Source: Faecousia sp. (GTDB lineage: Bacteria; Bacillota; Clostridia; Oscillospirales; Oscillospiraceae). Taken from it: 64,000 nt of DNA. The position numbers and the translations under genes were made by a program. This document shows, piece by piece, positions 38,854 to 48,442 of this stretch (its first letter is position 1; every line of letters starts with the position of its first letter). The stretch is from assembly GCA_045541155.1 (NCBI GenBank), contig JAZQIN010000017.1, positions 12,798 through 76,797 of the forward strand, in the 5' to 3' direction. The notes beneath the pieces are model-generated. The model was not told where the DNA came from, did not search any database, and was given only the letters and a program-made list of their open reading frames with translations.

Positions 38854-39914
38854 CCAATATTGAAAAATATCTGTCTATTTTGGATGGTGAGGTGGACGGT
38901 TTGTTGCTGACCAGCCGCTACAGTCGCCATTACGCTGCTGGCTTTGACATCGCTGAGGGCGTTGCCATCGTCTGTAAGAATGGCTGCCGCTACATCACTG
39001 ACAGCCGCTATATCGAATCTGCCCAGAAGGGTATCGTAGGCTTTGAAGTGGTTGAGATGAATCGAGATAATCCTTATTCTAAGCTGCTGAACGATGCCAT
39101 CACCCAATTCGGCATTACGACATTAGGCTTCGAGGAGGAATACCTGACCGTTTCGGAGTTTATGCGCTATGAGGATAAGCTGAACGCAAAGCTTGTTCCT
39201 TTCCACGAGAAGATTTCCAGATTTCGTGCGGTCAAGGAGCCGTATGAGCTGGAGCGGATGCGCATGGCCCAGAAAATCACCGATAAGGCGTTTAAAGAGG
39301 TGCTGAAGCGGATTCATGTTGGAATGACGGAGAAGGAACTGGCGGCGGAACTGATTTACTGCCTGCTGAAAAACGGCGGTGAGGGCCTCTCCTTTGACCC
39401 AATCGTCGTTTCCGGCCCGAATACCAGCCTGCCCCACGGCGTAGCCGGTGAACGCCGCCTGAGAGAAGGGGATTTCATCACCATGGACTTCGGCGTTATC
39501 TATCAGGGTTACTGCTCTGATATGACCCGTACAGTGGCGTTGGGGTACGCCACCGAGGAGATGCGCCGGGTGTACGATACAGTCCTGAAGGCCCAAGAGG
39601 CTGGTTTTGCTACAACTCAAGCCGGTGTGACCGGGCAGGATATCGATGCCGCCGCTCGAAAGGTGATTGGAGATGCTGGTTATGGACCGTACTTCGGTCA
39701 CGCATACGGTCACTGCCTTGGTATGGAGGTTCATGAGATGCCCTCGTGCAGTCCTTCTGGTAAGACTGTGATGGAGAAAAATATGGTATCCTCCGCAGAG
39801 CCGGGTATCTATTTGCCGGGAAAATTTGGCGTCCGAATCGAGGATGTGGTGGTCATTACAGACGAAGGTTACGAAAATATCACCACAAGCCCCAAGAATT
39901 TAATCATTATCTGA
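38850..39914 (+). CDS. Xaa-Pro aminopeptidase (M24)
   Basis: DFG..YQGYCSDMTRT, GH.LG.EVHE, EPGIY, GVRIED. Confidence 0.92.
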   Translation: MTNIEKYLSILDGEVDGLLLTSRYSRHYAAGFDIAEGVAIVCKNGCRYITDSRYIESAQKGIVGFEVVEMNRDNPYSKLLNDAITQFGITTLGFEEEYLTVSEFMRYEDKLNAKLVPFHEKISRFRAVKEPYELERMRMAQKITDKAFKEVLKRIHVGMTEKELAAELIYCLLKNGGEGLSFDPIVVSGPNTSLPHGVAGERRLREGDFITMDFGVIYQGYCSDMTRTVALGYATEEMRRVYDTVLKAQEAGFATTQAGVTGQDIDAAARKVIGDAGYGPYFGHAYGHCLGMEVHEMPSCSPSGKTVMEKNMVSSAEPGIYLPGKFGVRIEDVVVITDEGYENITTSPKNLIII

Positions 39915-40027
39915 AAAAATTCTCTTTTCCCCTTGAAAAATGGCGGGATTTAGGTTAGAATATATCAGCTAAGAATTTATTTTCACTTCGCCCCCGAAAG
40001 GGAGAGCTACTTTAGGAGGATATTAAA

Positions 40028-40591
40028 ATGATTTCTGCAGGCGATATCAGAAACGGCATTACCTTTGAACTGGACGGCAAGGTTATGCAGGTCGTGGAGT
40101 TCCAGCACGTTAAGCCCGGTAAGGGTGCTGCGTTTGTCCGTGTGAAGATGAAGAACGTCATCACCGGCGGCGTGACCGAGACCAGCTTGAATCCCTCTGC
40201 CAAGTTCCCCACCGCTTTCATTGAGCGCAAGAAGATGGAATATTCCTATCAGGACGGTGGCCTGTACTACTTCATGGATCAGGAGACCTACGAGATGGAG
40301 CCTATCGATGGCAGCGCTCTGGACGATTCCTTCAAGTTCGTCAAGGAGAACGACATCTGCACCATCATGAGCTATAAGGGCAAGGTCTTCGGCGTGGAAG
40401 TGCCCAACTTTGTGGATCTGGTTGTTACCGAGACCGAGCCTGGTTTTGCCGGCAACACTGCCACCAACGTCACCAAGCCCGCCACCGTTGAAACTGGCGC
40501 TGAGGTGAAAGTGCCCCTGTTCATCAACGAGGGCGACAAGATTCAGATTGACACCCGTACCGGTGAGTATCTGGGTCGCTCCAAGGTGTGA
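40028..40591 (+). CDS. efp: Elongation factor P
   Basis: [24 protein letters not shown]. Confidence 0.97.
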   Translation: MISAGDIRNGITFELDGKVMQVVEFQHVKPGKGAAFVRVKMKNVITGGVTETSLNPSAKFPTAFIERKKMEYSYQDGGLYYFMDQETYEMEPIDGSALDDSFKFVKENDICTIMSYKGKVFGVEVPNFVDLVVTETEPGFAGNTATNVTKPATVETGAEVKVPLFINEGDKIQIDTRTGEYLGRSKV

Positions 40592-40605
40592 TAAGGAGAT
40601 TTGCT

Positions 40606-41040
40606 ATGACCATTACGGAAAAGGCTGCTTACCTCAAGGGCCTGATGGATGGCCTGAATCTGGATACCGAGAAGGCTGAGGGCAAGATGATTTCTGCCAT
40701 CGTGGACCTGCTGGGTGATGTGACCAAGCGGTTGAGCGACGTGGAGGAGACCACCATTGCCATTTCTGACGAGTTGGATGAGATTGAAGAAGATCTGGAT
40801 GCCATTGAGGATTACATCATGGACGAGGACGATGATGATTACTATGACGACGAGGACGAGGACTTCGAGGATGAGGGCTTCGACTTCGGCGACGAGGACA
40901 CCACCATCTACGAGGTCAAGTGTGCCTGTGGCAACGTGATTAACTTCGACGAGGAGACGCTGGAGGCAGGCAGCATCATCTGTGATGAATGCGGCGAGGT
41001 TCTGGAGTTCAGCTTCGAGGACGACGAGGAAGATGAATGA
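40606..41040 (+). CDS. Acidic CD1247-N-terminal-domain-like protein with Zn ribbon
   Basis: EKAAYLKGLMDGL, D/E tract, CAC...CDEC; typical neighbour of efp in Clostridia. Confidence 0.75.
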   Translation: MTITEKAAYLKGLMDGLNLDTEKAEGKMISAIVDLLGDVTKRLSDVEETTIAISDELDEIEEDLDAIEDYIMDEDDDDYYDDEDEDFEDEGFDFGDEDTTIYEVKCACGNVINFDEETLEAGSIICDECGEVLEFSFEDDEEDE

Positions 41041-41044
41041 TTCT

Positions 41045-41071
41045 CAGGCGTGCGGCTATGCCGCACGCCTG
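41045..41071. terminator. Hairpin between convergent genes
   Basis: CAGGCGTGCGGC-3-GCCGCACGCCTG. Confidence 0.7.
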
Positions 41072-41073
41072 TC

Positions 41074-41589
41074 TTATGTACGAAAAAACAGTTTTACCGT
41101 AATAGCTGCCATCACGAATCCGGTTGCATCTGCAATCAGTGCGGCTGGCAGCGTATACCGAGTCTTTTTGATGCCAGCTGCCCCGAAATAAACACTGATG
41201 GCATAAAAGGTGGTTTCCGTTGAACCGAGCATGACGGCGACAGTCCGTCCGATAAGGGAATCTACACCATGGGTGGCCATCAGCTCCGCACCCACCGCCA
41301 GAGCGGCGCTACCGCTGATGGGTCGTATGAGTATCAAAATGGCGGTTTCTGGTGGGATTCCAAAGGTGTGGAATACGGGAGCGCAGACTTCGCTGAGTGC
41401 TTCGATGGCACCGGAGGCCCGGAGCATGGATACGGCGGTCAGCAGCAGAATGAGAGCTGGCACGATGGACAAAAGCATTTTCAGGCCTTCTGCGGCACCT
41501 TCCAGCATTAGGCCGTAAGCATCCTCTTTTTTGCGTAGCGCCAAAGCACAGCTTGTCAGCAACAACAGTGGAATGATGTAGTCACTCAT
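41074..41589 (-). CDS. spmB: Spore maturation protein B
   Basis: RPISGS, GSTETTFY, VYFGAAGIKKTRY. Confidence 0.93.
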   Translation of the reverse strand: MSDYIIPLLLLTSCALALRKKEDAYGLMLEGAAEGLKMLLSIVPALILLLTAVSMLRASGAIEALSEVCAPVFHTFGIPPETAILILIRPISGSAALAVGAELMATHGVDSLIGRTVAVMLGSTETTFYAISVYFGAAGIKKTRYTLPAALIADATGFVMAAITVKLFFRT

Positions 41590-42157
41590 GGGGCCACAGC
41601 TTTCCGAAAACGAGGGCGGCTAATAGGCCCACGCCTGCGGAGCAGAGACTGGTAACCCAGACGGCAGGCAGGATGTCAAAAGGGGTCTGGCATCCGAGAG
41701 ATGCCCGGATAGCGCCAACGGTGGCTGGAATCAGCTGGATGGATGCGGTGTTTAACACAATCAGTCGGCAAAGCTGGTCGCTTGCAGTCGTCCCGTTGGA
41801 CATTCGCTGTGCCGCTTTGATGCCCATGGGGGTTGCGGCGTTCCCGAGACCGAGGATGTTGGCGCAGATGTTTGCACTGAGTGAGCCTGCCAGAACGGAA
41901 TCGTCTTTGCTCTGAGGAAAAATGCGTGAGATTATCGGTCGGAGGATTCGGGACAAAGCATCTGTTATTCCGGCTTTTTCCATCAGCTTTCCGACACCGG
42001 ACCACAGGCAAAGGCTACCGGCAATGCTGATGGCTAGCGTGACCCCGGCCTGTGCCCCGGTGGCAGAAGCAGCCGCTACAGCACCTGTTGTCCCTGAAGC
42101 TACAGAAAACACCGTTGATATGCCCACAATCACCACAAATACCCAGCTCATTACCAT
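41582..42157 (-). CDS. spmA: Spore maturation protein A
   Basis: ANILGLGNAATPMGIKA, NTASIQLIP. Confidence 0.93.
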   Translation of the reverse strand: MVMSWVFVVIVGISTVFSVASGTTGAVAAASATGAQAGVTLAISIAGSLCLWSGVGKLMEKAGITDALSRILRPIISRIFPQSKDDSVLAGSLSANICANILGLGNAATPMGIKAAQRMSNGTTASDQLCRLIVLNTASIQLIPATVGAIRASLGCQTPFDILPAVWVTSLCSAGVGLLAALVFGKLWPHE

Positions 42158-42177
42158 TCAGTTCACCCCTTTGGAGA

Positions 42178-42206
42178 ACCATATGATGGGAATTGTGGAA
42201 TTATTC
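42178..42206 (-). promoter_or_regulatory. sigmaE-type promoter of spmAB
   Basis: Minus strand GAATA-16-CATATGGT; spmAB belong to the sigmaE regulon in B. subtilis. Confidence 0.6.
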
Positions 42207-42238
42207 TGTTATGTTTCTACATTTTTTGAAAAAAACAT

Positions 42239-42267
42239 TTGACACAAGCGAAAAGACAGTTTATAAT
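42239..42267 (+). promoter_or_regulatory. sigmaA promoter of abrB-like gene
   Basis: TTGACA-17-TATAAT. Confidence 0.8.
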
Positions 42268-42347
42268 GATGATATAAAAAATCAGGCGTTACGTTCATCT
42301 GTGAAAGACACGCCTGATATTACCTCGAGGAAAGGAGGGGCTGCTAG

Positions 42348-42593
42348 ATGAAGTCAACGGGTATCATTCGCAAAGTGGACGAGCTGGGCAGAATCGTGCT
42401 TCCTATTGAATTAAGACGCACCTTGGATATTGCGGAACGGGACGAGCTGGAGATCTACATGGATAATGATCGGATCGTACTCCAGAAGTTTGAGCCTTCC
42501 TGCGTATTTTGCGCATCCTCTTACGGTCTGGTTTCTTACCGGGGTAAGAACGTTTGCCACGAGTGCGCTCAGAATATGGCTGAGCTTTGCTGA
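42348..42593 (+). CDS. abrB: AbrB-family transition-state regulator
   Basis: MKSTGIIRKVDELGRIVLPIELRRTL, C-terminal CxxC pairs. Confidence 0.9.
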   Translation: MKSTGIIRKVDELGRIVLPIELRRTLDIAERDELEIYMDNDRIVLQKFEPSCVFCASSYGLVSYRGKNVCHECAQNMAELC

Positions 42594-42620
42594 AAAAAAC
42601 TGCCGCTTTGCGGCAGTTTT

Positions 42621-43457
42621 TCATTTTTCCATTTGAAGGGCGGCATCGTAAACTACATTTTTGGGCAAATCCAGTTCGGCGGCGGTTTGCTTGATGGCAT
42701 CCTTTCGACTGATACCCTGTGCGGTCAACTCCGCTACCCGTGCGGCAGCATCTTCTGCAGTGGCCTTTTCTTTTCTTACCTCCGGTGCGCCTGCGACCAC
42801 CAGTACGAATTCCCCCTTGGGCGGCTGCGTCGCATACCGCTCGATGGCACCGGAAAGGGTGGTACGGACTACCTCCTCATGGAGCTTCGTCAGTTCCCGG
42901 CACAGGCTGATGGGACGGTCACCGCCAAAGGCTGCGGCCATGTCTTCCAGTGTGGATATCAGCTTGTGAGGCGCTTCGTAAAAAATCATAGTACGGGTCT
43001 CGTGAATGAGTGCCTCCAGATGCTCCCGGCGGCTCTTTTTTGCGGTGGACAAAAAGCCCTCGAAGCAGAAGCGACCGGTACTTTGCCCGGAGATGCTCAG
43101 GGCGGTAATCACCGCACAGGGGCCGGGAATGGCACAAACGATGACACCGGCCTCGGCACACTGCTTTACCAAATCCTCTCCGGGATCTGAGATAGCCGGA
43201 CTACCTGCGTCGGATACCAGTGCACAGGTCTCGCCGGCGAGAATCCGGTCTAAAATCACATTACCTTTCGCAGCCTTGTTATGCTCGTAGTAGCTGACAA
43301 GGCTTTTTTTGATGCCCAAATGGTTTAGGAGCTTCAGAGTCACACGGGTGTCTTCAGCAGCGATAAAGTCCGCTTGCTCCAGCGTTTGTCTGCAGCGAAT
43401 CGAAATATCCCCCAAATTGCCGATGGGGGTCGGCACCAGATAAAGCATTCCAGCCAT
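42621..43457 (-). CDS. rsmI: 16S rRNA C1402 2'-O-methyltransferase
   Basis: TPIGNLGD, AAEDTR, SDAG.P.ISDPG, RELTKLHEE. Confidence 0.96.
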   Translation of the reverse strand: MAGMLYLVPTPIGNLGDISIRCRQTLEQADFIAAEDTRVTLKLLNHLGIKKSLVSYYEHNKAAKGNVILDRILAGETCALVSDAGSPAISDPGEDLVKQCAEAGVIVCAIPGPCAVITALSISGQSTGRFCFEGFLSTAKKSRREHLEALIHETRTMIFYEAPHKLISTLEDMAAAFGGDRPISLCRELTKLHEEVVRTTLSGAIERYATQPPKGEFVLVVAGAPEVRKEKATAEDAAARVAELTAQGISRKDAIKQTAAELDLPKNVVYDAALQMEK

Positions 43458-43467
43458 GATGGTTCTC

Positions 43468-44154
43468 CTATGTCAAATGATATACATTATTATAATATTT
43501 TGTGGGATTGCCTTCATTGTCGAATAACGAGGCTTCCTCCCAGCGCAGGCCAGGCTTTCCGCCTTTGCGGCATTGGAGCAGAATCAGAGCCACAGGGCCA
43601 TCGGCACGATGGCGAATCAGGCGGAGCCGCTTCGGCTCCAGTCCGGCCTGTACTGCGTTGGCGCATAGTTGCCCCAGTTGCTCCGGCTTGTGTACCAGAT
43701 AGAAGTCACCGCCCCAGTGCAACGCCCATGCAGCGGCACGGAACAAATCGGAGATTTGGCATTGGTCGTTTCGCCGGGCCAGTGGGGTTCGTTTGCTTTC
43801 TGGTCCGCCGGAAAAGTAGGGGGGATTGGAAATGCAGCACGAAAAAGAGCCGGCGCTCACTAGCTGGTTCACCAATCGCAAATCTGCGCATATACTGTTC
43901 ATACGGTGGAGTAAATTGTTTCGACGGATGTTTTCCATTGCCGCATTGTGGGCGAGGGAGTCCAGCTCGATGCCGGTAATATGGCAGCGGTCGTTGCCGG
44001 AACAAAGAAGCAATCCGAGCGTTCCACCACCGGAGCCTAAATCCAGAATTTGGGCAGTTGGACGAACGAAATCTGCCAGTAGCATTGTGTCCGTGCTGAG
44101 GGGGAAGCACCCTGAAGGGAGCTCCAGAGTATAGCCGTTTGGTAACTGTTCCAT
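43468..44154 (-). CDS. tRNA1(Val) m6A37 methyltransferase-like protein (YabB/TrmN6)
   Basis: LDLGSGGG, SNPPYF, LEPKRLR; adjacent to rsmI and abrB. Confidence 0.85.
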   Translation of the reverse strand: MEQLPNGYTLELPSGCFPLSTDTMLLADFVRPTAQILDLGSGGGTLGLLLCSGNDRCHITGIELDSLAHNAAMENIRRNNLLHRMNSICADLRLVNQLVSAGSFSCCISNPPYFSGGPESKRTPLARRNDQCQISDLFRAAAWALHWGGDFYLVHKPEQLGQLCANAVQAGLEPKRLRLIRHRADGPVALILLQCRKGGKPGLRWEEASLFDNEGNPTKYYNNVYHLT

Positions 44155-44222
44155 AGGGTTCTCCTAAAAAACAGGGCCTGCGCTCGGAACACCGGGCGCA
44201 GGCCACTCGTGAGTCGGAAAGA

Positions 44223-44393
44223 TCAGCCTTCCTCAATCGCCTCAGTGGGGCAGTTGTCGGCGCAGGAGCCGCAGCTGACACAAACATCGGCATCGATGAC
44301 GTACTTGTCCTCGCCCTCGGAAATAGCCTCGACGGGGCAGTTGTCAGCGCAAGCGCCGCACTTAACACAAGCGTCAGTGATATTGTAAGCCAT
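44223..44393 (-). CDS. fdx: 2[4Fe-4S] clostridial ferredoxin, 56 aa
   Basis: Below ORF-track cutoff: MAYNITDACVKCGACADNCPVEAISEGEDKYVIDADVCVSCGSCADNCPTEAIEEG; GGAGG RBS. Confidence 0.95.
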   Translation of the reverse strand: MAYNITDACVKCGACADNCPVEAISEGEDKYVIDADVCVSCGSCADNCPTEAIEEG

Positions 44394-44490
44394 GATTTTA
44401 CCTCCATGTATGTTTTTGTGGCACGCCAGTTGACGTACTCTTATTCTAGCATGGTTTTCTGAAAATGCAATGGTTTTTTTATAACAGCTC

Positions 44491-44520
44491 GTATATTTTT
44501 TGCATCCGGTGGGCAGGATT
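44491..44520 (+). promoter_or_regulatory. Possible sigmaF-type promoter of the ClpC paralogue
   Basis: GTATA-15-GGGCAGGATT versus GYATA-15-GGnnAnAnT consensus (one core mismatch). Confidence 0.45.
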
Positions 44521-44541
44521 TCACGGCGAGGGGGGATTGGC

Positions 44542-46863
44542 GTGCGCTATGATGGAAAAACCACAGAGCTGATACTGGCAGCTGGCCGGCTGGCTAGAGA
44601 GCTGGGGCACAGTTATGTGGGGACGGCCCACCTGCTGATGGCACTGGCGGAGGAGCCGGGGCAAATCGGATTGTTTCTGCGTTCTGAGGGGGTAGAGCCA
44701 GAGCTGCTGAGGGGCTTTGCGCGGGTGTTTTGGGGCACCGGAGCGCCAGATCTTCCACTGCCGCAAGGCTTGACTCGGGAGGCGGAGCAGGTATTGCGCA
44801 CCGCTGGTCGTGAAGCACGGGGCATGAACAGAAATGCCGTTTCTTCCGGTCATGTGCTGCTGGGGCTTCTGCGGATGCCTCGGTCAGATGGACAGGATTT
44901 GTTGGAGTTGTGTAATGCGGATACGGACAGGCTGTTTACCTTGACGTTGGAATACTTATCAGTCGGTGCCGATTCGATAAAAGGGAAAAAGGAGGAGATT
45001 GCTACGAAGCTTTTGGAGCAGTATAGTACGGATTTGATTACCAAAGCGCAGGATATGGACCCGGTGATTGGCAGAGACAGGGAAATTGAAATGGTAATTG
45101 GCATTCTTAGTCGGAAAAACAAAAATAATCCGGCGCTGGTGGGCGAACCAGGTGTAGGCAAAACCGCAATTGCGGAGGGCTTGGCCCAAAGGCTTGCTGC
45201 CGGGAATGTGCCGCCGCAGTTGAAGGATAAACGTCTGCTGAGTCTGAATATGGCAGATATGGTGGCAGGCACAAAATATCGGGGAGAATTTGAGGAACGG
45301 CTACGAGATGTTCTCAATGAAATCCGAAGAAGCGGTGATGTGATTTTGTTTGTGGACGAGATGCACACCATCGTGGGGGCCGGTGCAGCAGAAGGAGCAA
45401 TCGATGCGGCAAATATTCTGAAACCGGCGCTGGGCCGGGGGGAAATTCAGATGCTGGGGGCAACCACGCTGGATGAATACCGAAAATCCATCGAGAAGGA
45501 TCCCGCATTGGAGCGACGCTTTCGGCCGGTGAAGGTGGAACAGCCGGACAGAGAATCGACGATGGCGATTTTGCGTGGGCTAAAGCCGGGGCTGGAACGG
45601 CACCATCGGATGCGTATCACCGATGAGGCCATGGAGGAGGCGATTCGGTTGTCGGTACGGTATCTTCCGGATTTGTATCTGCCCGACAAGGCAATCGACC
45701 TGCTGGATGAAGGAGCAGCACGAGCCAGAATGGAGGATTTGCGCCGGGGGAAGCAACATGGTCGTCAAGATTTGGAGCAGGAGCTTCATGAGGCGGTACG
45801 GGAAAGCCGTTACGAACGAGCGGCGGAGTTGCGAGATAAGATGCAGAAAATCGGAAATAAGCCGACAGAAAATCGTCGTCAGCGCACAGTTACAGGCATG
45901 GATGTTGCATGGGCGGTGTCAGCACGGACGGGAATACCGGTGGGACGGCTGACCACAGATGAACGTAAGCGGCTTCTGGAGCTGGAAAATACGCTGTCGG
46001 CGAAGGTTGTGGGACAGAGTGAGGCGGTGAAAGCAGTGGCAGAAGCGGTACGTCGTGGCTACAGCGGCGTACGGGACGAGAATCGTCCCATTGCGTCGCT
46101 GTTGTTTACCGGGCCTACCGGTGTGGGAAAAACGGAGCTGTGTCGTATTCTGGCGGAGGAAATCTACGGAAGTCGCAGTGCAATGATTCGACTGGATATG
46201 ACGGAATATATGGAAAAACAGTCGGTATCCCGGCTGATTGGCGCACCTCCTGGGTATGTTGGTTATGAGGAGGGCGGTAAGCTGACGGAGGCAGTTCGAC
46301 GGCGGCCTTACTGCCTGGTTCTTCTGGATGAGCTGGAAAAGGCCCATCGAGATGTGGCCGGAATCTTGCTACAGATTATGGAGGAAGGGGAACTGACGGA
46401 CTCCACCGGCAGAAAGGTCAGCTTTAAAAATGCCATTGTGGTCATGACTTCGAATATAGGCGGCGAGTTACGGTCTGATGGGTTAGGCTTCCGACCTGCC
46501 GGACGGGTGGGGGAAACGGATGCGGCGCTGCGGCAGGCGTTCTCTCCGGAGTTTCTTGGGCGGTTGGATAAAATCGTGTGCTTTGCGCCGCTGGATCAGG
46601 ATGCGCTAGCACGCATAGCCGGGAAATATTTATCCGAGCTGTCTGAACGAGTGGGCAAGCTGGGGATGCAGCTTCAGTTGCCGGATACACTGGCGCAGGA
46701 ACTGAGTCGCCGTTGTGTCCAAAAAGAAGGAGCCCGTTGTCTGCGCCGACTGGTGCAGGAGGAAGTGGAGGGGCCACTGGCGGTGCTATTGTTGAAAAAC
46801 GGCAAACGGCTGTCCAAAATTCGTGGGTCCTACAAAGATGGGGTCTTGCAGTTTCAGGGCTAG
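44542..46863 (+). CDS. ClpC-like Clp protease ATP-binding subunit (divergent paralogue)
   Basis: Two Clp-N repeats, two AAA+ modules (GEPGVGKT, GPTGVGKT), UVR coiled coil, LGF loop; GTG start after GAGGGGG. Confidence 0.9.
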   Translation: MRYDGKTTELILAAGRLARELGHSYVGTAHLLMALAEEPGQIGLFLRSEGVEPELLRGFARVFWGTGAPDLPLPQGLTREAEQVLRTAGREARGMNRNAVSSGHVLLGLLRMPRSDGQDLLELCNADTDRLFTLTLEYLSVGADSIKGKKEEIATKLLEQYSTDLITKAQDMDPVIGRDREIEMVIGILSRKNKNNPALVGEPGVGKTAIAEGLAQRLAAGNVPPQLKDKRLLSLNMADMVAGTKYRGEFEERLRDVLNEIRRSGDVILFVDEMHTIVGAGAAEGAIDAANILKPALGRGEIQMLGATTLDEYRKSIEKDPALERRFRPVKVEQPDRESTMAILRGLKPGLERHHRMRITDEAMEEAIRLSVRYLPDLYLPDKAIDLLDEGAARARMEDLRRGKQHGRQDLEQELHEAVRESRYERAAELRDKMQKIGNKPTENRRQRTVTGMDVAWAVSARTGIPVGRLTTDERKRLLELENTLSAKVVGQSEAVKAVAEAVRRGYSGVRDENRPIASLLFTGPTGVGKTELCRILAEEIYGSRSAMIRLDMTEYMEKQSVSRLIGAPPGYVGYEEGGKLTEAVRRRPYCLVLLDELEKAHRDVAGILLQIMEEGELTDSTGRKVSFKNAIVVMTSNIGGELRSDGLGFRPAGRVGETDAALRQAFSPEFLGRLDKIVCFAPLDQDALARIAGKYLSELSERVGKLGMQLQLPDTLAQELSRRCVQKEGARCLRRLVQEEVEGPLAVLLLKNGKRLSKIRGSYKDGVLQFQG

Positions 46864-46974
46864 TTTAGGTAATCAAATATAAAGTTTGCGTATCCGCATT
46901 TTGGAACAAGCGTTCTGAAATGCGGATATTTCCTAATTTTCTAAAAATTTTTCTGTATTTTTTGATGAAAATGA

Positions 46975-47048
46975 TTGATTTTTTGTGAATGACCCGTTAT
47001 ACTGTTATCAAGTGGAGCGAAATGGATGAAAAGTGGAGTAAAATGGAG
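46975..47048 (+). promoter_or_regulatory. dcw promoter with MraZ-binding repeats
   Basis: TTGATT-17-TATACT, then (G/A)TGGA(G/T) repeated four times at about 10-nt spacing (47012-47048). Confidence 0.7.
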
Positions 47049-47061
47049 GAGGTGAGGCGCC

Positions 47062-47490
47062 GTGATTGGTAAATATCCCGCAAAACTGGACGATAAGAAC
47101 CGTTTAATCGTTCCTGCAAAGCTCAGAGGCGAGCTGGGAGAGGCTTTCTTTGTGACGTTGGGTGTCAACTGTGGTCACCGTTGCCTCACGGTCTACACCG
47201 CTGCCGACTGGCAGACTCTGCAGGATAATTACAACGCCCTGCCCATCTCCCAGCGTGGCGCTGCCACTAGCTTGATTTTCATCAATGCCACGGAATGTGC
47301 CCCGGATAAGCAGTTCCGGTTCATGTTGACCCAGAATCTGCTGGATTTTGCCGGCGTTAGCCGAGATGTGGTGATTGTAGGCCGGGCCGGACAGGCGGAA
47401 ATCTGGTCCGCTGACGAATTCGCCGCCTTCGAGACGGAGAATCTGACTCCCGAAAAGCTGCTGGCATCTCTGGAGGCCATTGGATTATGA
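47062..47490 (+). CDS. mraZ: Division/cell wall cluster repressor MraZ
   Basis: LDDKNRLIVPAKLR, DKQFR, EIWS; first gene of dcw. Confidence 0.88.
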   Translation: MIGKYPAKLDDKNRLIVPAKLRGELGEAFFVTLGVNCGHRCLTVYTAADWQTLQDNYNALPISQRGAATSLIFINATECAPDKQFRFMLTQNLLDFAGVSRDVVIVGRAGQAEIWSADEFAAFETENLTPEKLLASLEAIGL

Positions 47491-48422
47491 GTGAGTTTTA
47501 TCATGTTTCCGTGCTGTTGGATGAGTGCATTGATGCGCTGAATATCCGTCCGGACGGTATTTATGTAGATGGTACGCTGGGTGGTGCCGGTCACTCCAGT
47601 GAAATCGCAAAAAGATTGACCACCGGTCGCCTTATCGGCATTGACCGGGACCTGGTGGCGTTGAAGGCTGCGGAGGAGCGGCTGGCTCCCTATGCCGACC
47701 GAGTGACGTTGGTGCATTCCAACTTCTGTGAAATCAAAGCGGTACTAAATGATTTGGGCATCGAGGGCGTGGATGGCATCCTGTTGGATTTGGGTGTTTC
47801 GTCCCCTCAGCTGGATGACGGGGCCAGAGGGTTTTCCTACATGGTCGATGCGCCGCTGGATATGAGAATGAATAATGAGGACGCACTCAGCGCTGATGTG
47901 GTGGTCAATACCTGGCCCCAGGAGGAGCTGAAACGAATCCTGTATGATTACGGCGAGGAGCGTTATGCACCGCAAATCGCAGCGGCGATTTGCCGTCGCA
48001 GGGCAGAAAAGCCCATTGAGACCACCCTCGAACTGGTGGATATTATTCGCAGCGCCATGCCTGCGGCAGCGTTGCGAGAGAAGCAGCACCCGGCTAAGCG
48101 GAGTTTTCAGGCGATTCGCATCGCTGTTAATGACGAGCTTGGCTCTGTGGAAAAAGTAATGGAGGATGCGATTCCCTGCTTGAATGAGGGCGGTCGACTG
48201 GCGGTCATTACCTTCCATTCCTTGGAGGATCGCATTGTTAAGAACAGTATGGTCTTTGCCTCCAAAGGCTGCACCTGCCCACCTAATTTCCCTGTATGTG
48301 TCTGCGGAAAAAAGTCGCAGGTAAAATTGATTAGCCGAAAACCTATCGTTTCCGGTGACGAGGAGCTGGCGAGAAACCCTAGAGCCAGAAGCGCAAAGTT
48401 GCGTGTTTGCGAGAAACTATGA
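47487..48422 (+). CDS. rsmH: 16S rRNA m4C1402 methyltransferase
   Basis: DGTLGGAGHS, DLGVSSPQLD, FHSLEDR, NPRARSAKLR. Confidence 0.97.
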   Translation: MSEFYHVSVLLDECIDALNIRPDGIYVDGTLGGAGHSSEIAKRLTTGRLIGIDRDLVALKAAEERLAPYADRVTLVHSNFCEIKAVLNDLGIEGVDGILLDLGVSSPQLDDGARGFSYMVDAPLDMRMNNEDALSADVVVNTWPQEELKRILYDYGEERYAPQIAAAICRRRAEKPIETTLELVDIIRSAMPAAALREKQHPAKRSFQAIRIAVNDELGSVEKVMEDAIPCLNEGGRLAVITFHSLEDRIVKNSMVFASKGCTCPPNFPVCVCGKKSQVKLISRKPIVSGDEELARNPRARSAKLRVCEKL

Positions 48423-48442
48423 ACTATAGGAAGTGACGATAA

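Noticed and set aside
40820-40900. GAC/GAT/GAG low-complexity run
   Set aside because: Encodes the Asp/Glu tract of the protein, not a DNA repeat element
42214-42244. Spo0A boxes upstream of abrB (TTCTACA, TTTGACA)
   Set aside because: Each has a mismatch to TTCGNCA and one is simply the -35 element
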